From assembly GCF_018977255.1 (NCBI RefSeq), contig NW_024705565.1:1-34341 (forward strand): a DNA stretch of 34,341 nucleotides, read 5' to 3'. Origin of the DNA: Callorhinchus milii (taxonomy: Eukaryota). The notes under the pieces were generated by a model that saw nothing but the letters and a program-made list of their open reading frames with translations, ran no database searches and was not told the DNA's origin. Both the position numbers and the translations under genes were made by a program. Shown here in pieces: positions 18,700 through 30,949 of the stretch. Within the stretch, counting starts at the first letter, position 1, and each line of letters begins with the position of its first letter.

Positions 18700-20870
18700 G
18701 ATGAATTCTTTGTGCCCCTCGAGCCTGTTGCATGTTCTATACATCAATCCTGGTCTCCACCCCGAGTCCCATCAGCCAACCATCCCAATACCCTTTAATA
18801 CTCTCACCTAACAAATATCTATCCAACTCAGTCTTCAATATAATAGTAATAATAATAATAATCCTTGCATTTGATACAGCGCTTTTCACGTCGGTAGGAC
18901 GTCCCAAAGCGCTTCACAGAACATATTGTAAAGTGAATTGACTGTATATTTGTGGGCGTACGAGGCATCCAATTGCGCACAGCAACGTCCCACAAACAGT
19001 CGTAGATTGAATATGACCAATTTGTTATTGTTTTTGGTTTTGGAGGGATTATTATTAGGCTCTGTGTGGAGTAAGGAAACTTGCCCAAGGTTTCGCCCTG
19101 ACCTGCCGGGGATTGAACTCAGGTCTCTTCGCTTGTAAATCGAGTGCTCTAACCACTGAGCGAGAGAACTCCACGAATATGTCAACAGATTGGGGGCATC
19201 GACAGCGTTTTTTGACAGAACCTTCCAGATTTTCACTACACTTTGGATCAAACTCGGCCTCTTAATTTCACCCCTATATGGCCAAGCTCTCATTTCAAAT
19301 GTGTGTCTCCCTGTCTTGGATTCCCCAACAAGAGGATATAGTGCGTCAGTACATACCCTAATCAATAAATTTATCGATCTCAAAACCTCAAGCAAATCGT
19401 TTCTCAACCTTATAAGCAGAAAGAATTAGACAACAAGTTTTTGCGAACTGTCTGCATAATTTAGCCATTGCAGCCTTTTTGTCCTTCTGTTTAGTCTTCG
19501 ATGTACCAACATATCCTTCCTGAGCTGCGATGCCCAAAACTGAACGCATTACTCCAGAGAGAATCTGACCACGTTTCCATATGTTTGAGGGATCATTTCT
19601 TCTCTTATATCCAACCACCTTGTGATAAAGGCCCAGATCCCGTTTTACTTTTTTATAACCTCTTGCCAATATACGCTTATTTTTAGTAAGTTGTGTACGT
19701 GGACATCCAACCACATTTGCTCTTCTACAGTGCTAATATTGTCACCACTTAGTAAATAAACTATTTTGTATTTTCGGACCTATAATGTATGACCTCGCAC
19801 TTCCCAAGATTGAATTGCACCTGCCACAGTGCTGACCACTCCTTAAATCTATTCTAATTCCCTTTGCATCTTGCTGCACCCATCTACACAATTAAACGTG
19901 TCTGCTAAACTTGTTTCATTTGAAATTTGAGTACACATCTCTATGTTCCTTCTCACAAGTCAATTCTATATAAATACATAGAAAAATAAAAACCCTGTCA
20001 AACAAATCAATAAATACTTAAAGTAATAAAAAAAATGAAAGAAATAAAAAGAAATAAAATAAATAAAAAACATAAACAAATAAACAAACTAACTAATATC
20101 AACGAAGTGAAAATGGAGAAAACAATGACACAAAGGCATTGTTTTGTACACGCTGCCTCCATATGAAGAACGTTTTGAGGGAAGTTGGTATAGAGATTGA
20201 TGAACATGACGAGAGTTGACTAAAAACCAATATAAAATGCGGAGTTTTTGGGTCCTCCCAATCAGAGAAATTTCCTTTATACTTTCTATCTTTTTCCTGC
20301 TCCCTATTCAGTTACCAGCATATCGCAATTTATCTACCATTCCACGCACTTTATTTTTTTGCAAATAACCTCTTTCGGCGGAGCCTTATCAAAGACCTCT
20401 TGGAAGCCCATGTCGAAACCATCCATCTCTCACCACCATGTTATTGGCCGCCTTAAACATGACAATTGGAACCGTCAGGCATTTCACACTATTCACTAAT
20501 CTATGCTGACTCTCTTTGATCAGCGCATATTTGTCCAAGTACTCAATCCTTTCAAACCTGATGAGAGATTCCAGTAACTTTCCCACAACTGAACTTAAGC
20601 TGACACGCTTGTTGTCACCTGGTCTCCCTCTCTCTGCCTCCCACAATTCTTGCGTGATGGAGTGACATTTGCAATTCGCCAATCCAATGGTACAGTTCCC
20701 GAATATAGAGAAGCTTTGGAAAATTAAGACTAATGCATCGATCCCAATTTGATACACAACTTATTTTCGCACCTTGGGTGGGACTTAACAGGACCGCAAA
20801 ATCTTTCTATCTTTAGCCCATCATTTTATCCATTACCATTTTCATTTATAATAAAAACATCCACTTCCAT
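18700..20870 (-). mobile_element. Degenerate CR1 LINE (RT region to 3' end), interrupted by a SINE and an A-rich tract
   Basis: RPGDNKRVSLSSVVGKLLESLI...LIKESQH and GRHTFEMRAWPYRGEIKR...VVKIW match CR1 ORF2 motifs. Confidence 0.85.
18838..19168 (-). mobile_element. Near full-length Deu-domain tRNA-SINE nested in CR1
   Basis: Head ctcagtggttagagcactcg...gagttcaatccc, Deu core and (TTA)n tail; aatat occurs on both flanks (possible TSD). Confidence 0.9.
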
Positions 20871-20898
20871 CATTTAAGTGACTTCTGGGTACACGAGG

Positions 20899-21208
20899 AG
20901 TCCTGAAACTCTTTGGTTAGAGCACTCTCCCGAAAGCGAGAAACCTGGGTTGAATTCCAGGCAGGGCGATAACTTTGGCAAGTTTCCTTACTCAGAACGT
21001 CTAATAATAATCCCTCCAACACAAACCAATAATTAATTGGTCAACTACAATCCAAGACTGTTTGAGTTAGGCTGCTATGCGCAATTGGCTGCTCGTCCAC
21101 AAATATATGGTCAATTGATTAAAGTATATTCTGTGAAGCGCTTTGAGACGTTTGGAAGACGGGATACGGGCTAAATCAATTGCAAGCATTGCTATTTTTA
21201 TTATTTTA
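20899..21208 (+). mobile_element. Older Deu-domain tRNA-SINE copy
   Basis: tggttagagcactc...ggttgaattccaggcagggcg...tgcgcaattggctgc...gtgaagcgctttgagacgt. Confidence 0.85.
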
Positions 21209-21749
21209 TTTTTCCGCTGGTAACTTGGCCACTCAACCTTCTTTGAAAACCGAAGTAAAGTATTCATTTAGCAGGATTCTCATTTCATTATTTTCCAATA
21301 TAATCTGACGCTTATCTGTCTCTATCCGGCTCACATTTCCATTTCTCAAACTCCTTTTTTAACATGAACAGTTCCTGTTGCTCTTGTTTTCCCGTGTAGC
21401 TTTTTTCCTCATACTCCTTTTATGCATCTCTTACTACTTTCTATGTAAAGTTTGTGCAGAGCCGTTTTGATAGCTGTGGAACATGACAGAGGAGATCTTA
21501 TGAATTTTTTTCAAAATATTGAAAAACTGCCAACGAACACGCTATTTCCTATGTTGAAAGATTATTGGATGCACTTAATCTCAACTATGGGCCAGCGCTA
21601 AATAAACATCAGCATTATCAAATTCGAAATAGAGTTGTTCCAAATGCATTATTTCTCAATCCTCCTTGCAAGTCTAGTTTTGAAGAAACATGTGAATGAG
21701 ATGATGACAATCATGATGTCTCCTTCCTGTTGTCGATTGATAATTTCCG

Positions 21750-22030
21750 AAAGACAATATCCCAAACCACAGCCCATCAGCTCGGGCCTTGCTCCAATGG
21801 CTCCCCATGAACGAAAGGATCGACTGTAGGATCTTCATAAACGTGTTCAAATCCATTCACTCCCTGGCATCTCCCTACATCTCCGATCTCCTCACTCCAC
21901 AATCCACAACTTGGCTCCTCGGCTCGACTGGTACAAGATTCCTGAAGGACCCAAACACCTTCCGTCCCAGCATCAGAGTTCACATTTTCAGTCACTACGC
22001 CCATAGATCTGGAACATCCTCCCTCATTTC
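21750..22030 (+). mobile_element. L2 LINE ORF2 C-terminal relic
   Basis: LQWLPMNERIDCRIFINVFKSIHSLASPYISDLL resembles the L2 motif LHWLPVxxRIxFKIL...LAPxYLSDLL. Confidence 0.75.
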
Positions 22031-22545
22031 ATGCCATGCCTGAAAAACTGGAACTCCAACCGTGCTTACGGACACCACTGCACCGAATTCCAGGTCTACA
22101 AATCAGCCATTGAAAGGCCAACATGTGTGGATGGCGATGCATAAGTGTAAGTTGTTAATGTTGATGTGTTCATGGACCTAACGTTTCAGGTGGTTTTCAT
22201 CCAACAGCCACAAAGGGCTCAGAAAGAGAGTTTGTGATTGCAGTAGGAAGAGGGGAAGTGCACTCCGGAATTCCCATGGAAGTGTGGAACTCAGAAACCT
22301 GTCCAACGTACTGAAAATCGGTCAGGGTGATGGCAACACAGAGGAGAGCAGCCGAACCAAATGGATGCACAGTTGGACACAGAGAAGAGTTTGAGTGAAA
22401 TTGTCATTGGGGACACAACCTTCAAAGGAATAGACGGATGTTTCTCCAGTGGTCGCAGAAGATGAGGATGCAGCCAATGCCACAGGATTAGGTAAGAGGG
22501 AACAGAAATTGGATAGGTCAAGAAAAAATCAAGTTACTGAAAATC

Positions 22546-23600
22546 AATCGGTGCTCAGAGTAGATAAGTCACAAGGACGAGACGGGATGAATCCAAGTTC
22601 ACTGAAAGAAGAAAGGCAACGTTTGGTGAACGTTTGATTTCCTGAAAAGAGGGAAGTCTGCAGTGCTGTCCGCCAATGTTCTTTATTGGGACCACTGCTG
22701 ATTTTGAGCTCGAAATATCAAATATTCAATGTAGGACGACAACTGACAGTGCTTTGCTTGGTGCAGAGTAGGAACTGGACTTGGAGGCTGGCAGTTCCCA
22801 AGCAATTGAGAATGTGAACCTGTATATACTTCCCATCAATGGGTGTCGAAATGTCGACATAAAAGTTGACCGTGTACTGGATTTTATAGGTAGAACCAAA
22901 AGGTAAAGCAAGTCAACCTGCAATGGCACGTATGTGCATATCATTCGATAGATTGCACCTGCAGCATTGTTTTCATATGTGCACGTTCTCATACAATGAA
23001 AGATACTTAGCTGTTGGTATGGATGCTGAGTAGATGTACCAGAATGATCCCAGGGATGTGGGCCTGTTTAGTCAATGGCTCATTGTCGCTACCCGAGGTT
23101 CGGTGACCATCTGTCTGAAGACAGTGCAAATCTCTTAGCAGTCCAGGGCAGCCAAAATAGATTGTGTGATTGAGTCCGGCTGAAGATGACATAGTAAAAA
23201 CTTCAAAGCAGGTCAATGAGGGAAACAGCTGGCAAATAATCCACCTACTGTCCCTCTTGCCAAACCCAAGACGTATTGACATTGACATTGCTGGGCACAG
23301 TATAGGAGGCAAAGGATGGACAGCATGTCTACCCACATGGGAAAGTGTGCTGATGACCCCGGCTATTAGATATAGAGGTTAGCAACCAAAATAATTGACT
23401 GAATGAAGGGCCTGGACTATGAGGAGTGGCTAAATATATATTGGCCATATAGAAACGCAAAAAAAGATGATTTCGCGGAGACATGATTTCTGTCTTCACT
23501 AAGCTGAATTGGCGAAATTCAGAATGAATCTATACAAACACTCTTTCAGTTAGCGGGTAGTTAATCTGTGGAAAATGCACCCTAGGGAGTCAGAAGCTTC
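22546..23600 (+). mobile_element. Degenerate CR1 relic paralogous to 1-675, with an unrelated insert at ~23080-23395
   Basis: aatcggtgctc and tattgggaccactgctg shared with 1-640; CR1-type 3' ORF2 remnants (agatgtaccagaatgatcccaggg, ggactatgaggag). Confidence 0.65.
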
Positions 23601-24137
23601 AAGCAGGGAGTGTTGATTCTTTGAAACACGGATCACATAGTTTTCTCTTATGAAATAATATGATATGATTTAGCACAGTGAGAGATTGGGCAATAGGTGC
23701 ATCCATTCTCTCACAGTTTGTGAAAATATTGGTTTCTCTCTCACTGGGAAAGAACAATTCTTTGTGGTGGATGTTGGGCCAGGACAAGACCAACCCTTTC
23801 TTTTTACCCACCCCACGAGCCTGGTAATGAAACCTATCTTATAACAGTGATCTCAGCCGCCATTCATGCGCTCTGATCACAAACCACAATCACAGTCATT
23901 TAATGCAACATGCAACTGGCCTAACTCAGACACAGTCACACCCTGACCACAACACGGTTTAGATTTCATTCCTGCTTCCTGTTGTTGAACACGTCACCTT
24001 AAAGCGGCCTCAGCCCCCATGAGATCCTGCTTACATCCTCCAAGGAATCCAGTCAGCAGTTCGTGCCAGAAGAGAAATATTGGTGTTTCACAATCATTTG
24101 TGCAAGTAGCCTATTCCCAGTGGAGACAGTTCTGGGA

Positions 24138-24143
24138 TATAAA
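24138..24143 (+). promoter_or_regulatory. TATA box of GPCR copy 2
   Basis: gggaTATAAAgac about 55 nt upstream of the ATG at 24197. Confidence 0.55.
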
Positions 24144-24196
24144 GACTGGCAGCTTTGAGTGTCCAGCACTGACAGCGTATCCGCTGGTGATACAAA

Positions 24197-24296
24197 ATGT
24201 TGAGAGCGTTAGCCTTCTTTCCTTGGCAGTATCTGCCAACACTTTTTCGGATAATGATAGTTTATTATCCTATTCTTGCAGCTATCGGTATTGCAG
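24197..24296 (+). CDS. GPR139-like GPCR copy 2, coding exon 1
   Basis: MLRALAFFPWQYLPTLFRIMIVYYPILAAIGIA plus G|gtaatt phase-1 donor. Confidence 0.85.
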
Positions 24297-25622
24297 GTAA
24301 TTAGTTAGATACAAATTTTACTTGTATCCCGATGTACCACAAGTTTGCACATGGCACACACATCTACTTCTACTTCTCCAGCTGTGACTTCTGTTCCGCT
24401 GATGTCTTTTTTGATATCTCTATAAAGATAAGATATTGTCGTTTGCTGAACCGTCTCCACTCTCGCTGTGAGACTGATAGTGTGTACCTTCTTCTTTGAG
24501 GGTCTGCTCGTTACTACGTGTGTTACAATGGTGACCGTAGGTGCAGTCCTAAAAGAATATCTTTCGGTCTGATCTGACGCTAGCTCAAAAGGGTGTGAGT
24601 TGGAGACATTGAGCCTCCAGAGTTTCAGGTCACATTGGCTGTAAGATTGTCTGGCGGTCAGGAAGGATTGATCAGATGAGCGACCCAGTTCTGTCAGTAG
24701 GTTGAGAGGCAGAGGTATGCCAGGGCAGGGAACGGTTTGCAAATATTTTGAGTATCTTGGTGTCAATGTGTTTTCTGGAAAGGAGGCAGGAAATCCTGGC
24801 GATGACTGGAGTGATGGAAGTGCGGCGATTGTGTGTGAGTGCACAAGTTTTCAATGAGTTGGATGTTGTGAATGGAGGGAGTTGCGGTGACCAGCGTGAA
24901 AAATAGAGAATCTCGAAATTTTCGCTGTCTGACTATAAATAGCTCGATTGAGCCCTCTATTTCTTTTGACGTTACTGCGAATTATACTGTTCGTGAGGCG
25001 AATTCTTTTCACATTTATACAGTGGAATTTTTAACGCCATCTTCAATTAGTAGAGGTGAATTTACGTTTATAAATGTTACCTATGTTCTCATCTGCAGGA
25101 ACACATGTTGACAATAAATATGGTCCACATCTTCAAATTTATATTCAACGGTTATACTTGACAATGTCCTGTCAGAATGTAACATGATTGTAACCAGAGA
25201 AGAGCAATAAATATTTGAGGATACAATCTTTATTTGGTGTACACATGGCCAGGAAATTTGGAGAGAGTTCATTCTATTTTCTGGGAGTGTCACAGGAGAT
25301 CTTTCATGTCCAACAGAACAGGCGACAGACAGGGAATTTGGTTGAAATTATTACAATTTACTCGGTTTTCTTTCGTCTGTAGTTCATTGGTTAAATCATA
25401 TCTGTGGCTCATTGGTTACCGAAATCGCCTGTTAAGCGAGATACCTGTGTTTGATAATTTCAATATTCCTTATTAATGCTTTGAATTTTTTTTTTCTCAA
25501 TGGGCTCATCAATCCATGAGTATTGATGGTTAACTGCTGCGTGAATGAACTTTGAGCAAAATAACGTCAACTTACGCAGCGCACAGGTAAATATGTTTGT
25601 TTGCTGTTCCATTTTCTCACAG

Positions 25623-26521
25623 CGAATCTGTTGGCCATTGTGGTCCTGTCCCGAGGAAAGTGTGGGCTCTCAAAATGTATTACCCTCTACATGGTGGCCA
25701 TGGCAGTGGCCGATCTCCTGTTGGCCATCAACGATGTGGTTTTGAACCAGATACATTCTCTTTATTTCAATCACACATTTCTGGAAATCACTCCCGTGTG
25801 TTCACTCAGATTGGTGCTGATGTCGGCGGTGACACACATGTCAGTCTGGTTCACAGTGGCTTTCACCTTTGATCGCCTGGTCGCCATCTGTTGGGTGAAA
25901 CTGAAAACAAGTTATTGCACCGAGAGAACATCAGCCGTGGTTGTAGGAGTAATTTCTTCTCTGAGCTGTTTCATCAGCATTCCCTGGTACTTTATGTATG
26001 AGCCCAGAGAGATACTGAACAAAGTGCCTTGGTATTGCAAGTTCAAAGCGGTTTACTACACCTCTCCCACATGGATTGTATTTCACTGGTTTGTCACAAT
26101 AATAACCCCGTTTGTTCCATTCTTTCTGATTTTGCTGATGAACGTGGTGACAGTCAGACACATTTTAGCGGCCAACAGAATCCGCAGTAACCTCCTGCAA
26201 CAGAAAAGTAATAGTGGCAATGATGCAGAGATAGAGAACCGAAGAAGATCCATCATCTTACTCTTCGCCATATCAGGCAGCTTCATCCTGTTGTGGCTGA
26301 TGGAAGTTTTACATTTCATATTAATGCGATCGTTAAACAGTTATTACTATCTAAGTTACAGAGACCCAGTATTTGTTATCGAAGAAGTGAAAGACATTTT
26401 TAAACTTCTGAGTTGCTGCACAAACACCATCATTTATGCTTCAACACAATCTAAGTTCAGAGAGGATGTCAAATATCTCGTGATCTATCCGTTTAAACAC
26501 ATATTTAAACTATTTAAATAA
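25623..26521 (+). CDS. GPR139/GPR142-like class A 7TM receptor copy 2, exon 2 (spliced product 332 aa, intact)
   Basis: Acceptor ctcacag|CG; 100+899=999 nt open frame; TM2 AMAVADLL, TM3 FTFDRL, TM7 SCCTNTIIY, helix 8 KFREDV. Confidence 0.9.
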
Positions 26522-28384
26522 AGGTAAATGTGTGCCACACGGTGTAAATTTAGAAATGTTGACAACGAATCATAATTTAATGAGTCAACCGATAGACTGT
26601 CTTTGATTTCAATCTGTGCGCTGCAATAAAATAATCCTTGTAATCGATATAGAGCATTGCCACGCCATCTGAAAGTGTTTCTCAGCATATACTATCAAGT
26701 AGATTCCAGTTACCGGATGAATGCGTCTCCCTGGTTTTTAAGCATCCTTTTTGCTCTGTGAACGTTCTTCCAGATTCTTTGATATTATTATTATTATTAT
26801 TTTATTCCAGATTCCTTTGAAACTAGGCTCACCCAAAGTCACAAGCAGCAATTACTTTCTGCAGTTTAACTAGAAAATTGTATTAAGCATAAACTAATCA
26901 TGCGCTCAAACGTAAGTAAAAAATAAATGAGAAGAAGATTGAAATAGTTGTTGATGAGGCAAGTTGAATTGATGACCAAAGTCAAATGTTAAGAAGGTTA
27001 GATATGTAACAGAGAGAGAGGGCGAGAGATGTGGATCAGTGGGGAAGAGGACATAGATGTGTCGTTTAAGTTGGGTTATTGGGTGAGGAGAAGGTCGAGG
27101 TGGGTTCTAAAATATAAGAATTCAATCATGTATCGTTCTTTGGGTAACGTTGAAAGGAAGAAAATCAAGTGTTCTCTTCACGTTGGTATTTTTTAGTCAA
27201 TGACGACTTTTCCAAATTATGTGGCAAATAAACGCTGGAATTTTGTCCTGCAGAATACTTGTAGTAGCAGCTAAATTGTACACAGTTTCCTTTCTGTCTT
27301 TCGTTATTTGCTGAGTAACCTTATCAGTCAATAAACAAACCACATAATTTGAACACCGCAACTGTGTCATATTGCATTCTCTTGTTATTCTAAAGATTGG
27401 CAGTTCAATTCGAGTCTGTAAGTATGTTGACCCAGCAATGATGGAGTAGGTATTGCTGTTATCAGCCGCGCGGCAATCACTATCTGCTGATGGAGGAGTT
27501 GGCGGTGACTAAGTATGTGATTGATTAGAGATTTGCTCGCCTTCCTGACCCACTGCAGCAATGGCCGGTATTATTCCACTCTCCACACTGAGGCCTCCCA
27601 ACCGCCGGGTCCTGCTGCTGCCACACGAGGAAGTTCAACAGGGAGGGAGCGGAAGGTAAACGGTTAGACATGGTATCTCGCCAAAAAAATTCACCACCGG
27701 GACACATGCGGCCCGCGTGCCGCCATTTGGACACCACTTTTGTAAAGTATCGAGGCAGTGTATTGTGCAAGTAGTTGTGGCTGTCAAATTGCAGTGAAGT
27801 GGAGCGTCCAATTTGTATTGATGGTATTATCAGCCAGGACACCAGGAGAAACTCGCTTCTATTTTGACACACGTCATTTTACAGAATATTGTCAAACAAG
27901 TATATATATATTACAGTCTTACCCACAAACACACGCACAAACAGCAACTCCTACACACAGCAGCACAGAACACAGAAGTACAAACAAGATAGATAAACAC
28001 TCACAAACGCACACAGATATGCAAGGAGGGAATGAAATACACAGGCACATACGCAAACAGAGACACACACACATACTCACAGAACACACACACAGACACA
28101 ACACAGTCGCAAACAACAACAAGAAAAACATCAAATTGTATAGCGCCGTCCATGCCACGGGTTGTCCAGTTATATACAGCAGACAGAGAGAAACACACAT
28201 AAAAGATACATTGAAAATTTGGTACAAGTCATGCCAAGCGACTGCAAGAAGGTTGGAAGGCAAACGAGATGGATTTCCGTCATCTTTGCTCAGGAAACTC
28301 CTATTTTCTTATGATCTTATGATCGTATCACAGACAGCTGTGCAATAAAGTCAAACGCCGTTAATATCTAATGGTTCCTGCTCA

Positions 28385-28640
28385 TTAAACTGTCAGCGGG
28401 AACATTCGCCACGGATCAGAGTTTATCCCGCTATCATTTGAACAGGGACTGAACTCAGGATAAATTCTCTGTGCAAGTGTGCTTGAAAGCCTAAGGATGA
28501 GATATATTTTCAGTGCGGCAGAATGCCATCTGCCCCCTCAATATCCAGGTGGACTCCCAGGACCAGGGCTTCTCTCTCAGGCGGGTACCAGTTGAGGTCA
28601 GAGCTTCATATTCATCGCCAATTCTCAGTCACAATCCAAG
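28385..28640 (-). pseudogene. Decayed TRIM SPRY-exon 3' fragment (relic 1)
   Basis: Colinear with 8341-8612: ctcattaa, tcagagttt, aacaggga.tgaa...aggataaa, gatgaga, ctctctcagg, agcttcatattcatc, ttctcag.caca. Confidence 0.75.
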
Positions 28641-29153
28641 ATTCAATCTTTATCTGAACTGTCACACAACGGGACAGGTTTGAGCCCTGAAGTTCTTCAT
28701 TTGATCATCACCGAGACACACTGGTGCTCAGGCAGCAAGATGAACGTATTAGGAGGTCTTAAAAAAGCTGACGGTTATCACATCAATTAAATTTTTCACA
28801 GTACGATACAACAGTATCGCAAATTCTTGAAAGAAAATTGTTTCAAGTTGATTACAAATTTATATTAATATACTGTGTTGCAATTTCGGCGGCCAAATGC
28901 TCACGGTATTCATCAACCGGGAGGTCAGAACTAAACATGGGTGATTTGGGGAAAGTTGATCCCTGGCGAGGGGAAAGATATAGTTTTTGGGACAGACTTG
29001 GATAAGTTAAACCAGGGTGTCAGACAAAACAACTGCGGAATGGAGATATAGAGTGAGTCCAGAATAGCTGAAAGAACCATAGTGTTCGCAATGTGAGGTA
29101 TTTCAAGCATCCTGGTAATGTTGGAGGGTAGTAAGTACCTTCTTGTCTGTGTT

Positions 29154-29470
29154 GTCCTGTAGCTCAGTGGTTAGAGCACTCGCCTTGCAAGCAAGTCACC
29201 TGGGTTCAATTCCAGGCAGGGCGAAACCTTGGGTAAGTTCAGTTACTCCAAGCGCCTAATAATAATCCATCCGAAATGAAACAACAATAAATTGGTCATC
29301 TTCAATCCACGACAGTTTGAGGGACGCTGATGTGTGCAATTGGCTGCCGCGTTTCGACCAAAAGTATACAGTCAATTCGCTTTACAGTCTATTCTGTGAA
29401 GCGATTTGAGACGTCGAGAAGACGTGAACAGCGCCATATCAAATGCAAGGATTTCTATTTATTATATTAT
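29154..29470 (+). mobile_element. Full-length Deu-domain tRNA(Ala-like)-derived SINE
   Basis: A box tagctcagtgg, TGC anticodon loop, B box ggttcaattcc, Deu core, tail aaatgcaaggatt(tta)n. Confidence 0.9.
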
Positions 29471-29589
29471 TTTTGTGATCTGATTGTGGCAGAGGTAGGG
29501 TGCTGGCGAACCTTTGACTATTGTCACTCCGATGTGTTGTGTACAAGAAAAACATTTTGCAATTAAACAGCTCACCTCACGCAGGGAAT

Positions 29590-29800
29590 CATTTTATACC
29601 GCCGGACAGTGGTGCAGCACAACTCTGAGACGGGAGGAGTGGAAGATGACTTTAGTCGCTGCCGAATAGGAAGCTCTTAAGACGAGACCAAAGGTTGTGG
29701 AAAGACGGGCCAAGTTTTGGGGAGAGAGGACGTTTGTTGCAGGTTTGCGGGCGAAGTGACTAAAAAAAGCGGCCAAAGATGGGAGTGGGTTTGGGTGGTA
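29590..29800 (-). mobile_element. Old L2 relic
   Basis: Similar to 14750-14860 and to the reverse complement of 32590-32740. Confidence 0.45.
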
Positions 29801-30017
29801 AATTGATCACAAATGTAGGAAGGCACCAGGACATGTAGTGATTTGGAAAGGAGTTTGAGGATCTTGTAATTTACCCCATCATTGAAAGGGGAGCCGGTAA
29901 AACTCGGCTGTAACTGGGATCTGAATCAGATCATATGAACTATGTTCTTGTGACCTTATCCCAGGCAGGTGTAAATTACAATCAAACACCATTAATGTCT
30001 CAGGGTTTTACTGCTCA

Positions 30018-30272
30018 TTAAACCGCCAACGAGCAAATTATCAAAGGCTCAGTGTTTGTTCCGCAGTGAATGAAATAAGCGCTAAAGTAGAAATACATTT
30101 CTCTGTGAAATTCTGTGAAAGTCTTGAAATGAGAAATGTTATTCGTTTTGTAAAATGGAACATGTCGCTAAGTAGATTTCCAGCTCCCCTGTTCCGTTTA
30201 TGAGGGGCAAGAGGTTACGAGTTGAGATCAGAGCTTCATATGATCCACGTTTCTGTGTCAGAATTCAAGATT
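30018..30272 (-). pseudogene. More decayed TRIM SPRY-exon 3' fragment (relic 2)
   Basis: ctcattaa, ttctctgtgaaa..ctgtgaaagt, atgagaaatgttat, ttgtaaaa, gaggggcaag, agcttcatatgatcc.cgtttct align with 8341-8600 and with relic 1. Confidence 0.6.
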
Positions 30273-30949
30273 TAATCTCGCTCTAAACTGTGGAACAATC
30301 CGTTGGAGATCTAACTTTATTCAGTTGAACATCACCACGACGTAACTCTGCCCTGGCAGCAAACGGAGCGTAAAAAGATGACTTCAGAAAATTTCATGAC
30401 TATGATATCAATGTACACTTTTTACTGTGTGTTACAAAATTGTGGAAGCTACATTCTGCAATTCTTCACAGAAAATTATTTCGCCTTCAACACTAATTTA
30501 GACTAACCTACCGTCTTCCAACTTGAGAGTTCAAGATAAAACGCTTACCATGCTAACAATACCAAGCTGGGGTTCAGAGCTGAATGGCTTGAGAGAGGGA
30601 AAGATGAGTATTCGTGGCGAAGGCAAATAGATAGTACTTGAAACAGACTTTGATAGGTTAAGCCAAGGTATGAGTGAAAACAACATTGGGAATGGAGTTA
30701 TAGAGCGTGTTTGAATGGCTGAAATCCCCATGTTGTGGTGGGTAATGTAAGGCTATTGAAGCAGGCTGGCAGTGTTTGAGGACAGTGTGTATCTTCACGG
30801 TTGGATATCCGGAATTGGCATCAGTAGGATGGTGGCGAAAGTTTGATCCACAGGAGGATGGAAAGCCAGAAAAGGGCAGTTAGAAAGTGGGTTGAAGGCT
30901 CGTCGAGTATTCTGCACAGAGCACAATCCAGCGCACACAACTTGCGAAT

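Larger units (their letters stand above)
23583..28270 (+). repeat. Segmental duplication, copy B
   Basis: Colinear with 676-5365. Confidence 0.95.

Noticed and set aside
23180..23204. Second possible hammerhead core (CTGAAGATGACATAGTAAAAACTTC)
   Set aside because: The GAAA box and stem II closure are defective and no stems I/III are evident; too weak without a family consensus
29154..29225. tRNA-Ala(TGC)-like genes (also at 11447, 18363, 19100 and 20899)
   Set aside because: Each continues into a shared SINE body, with broken stems and no proper acceptor stem or terminator
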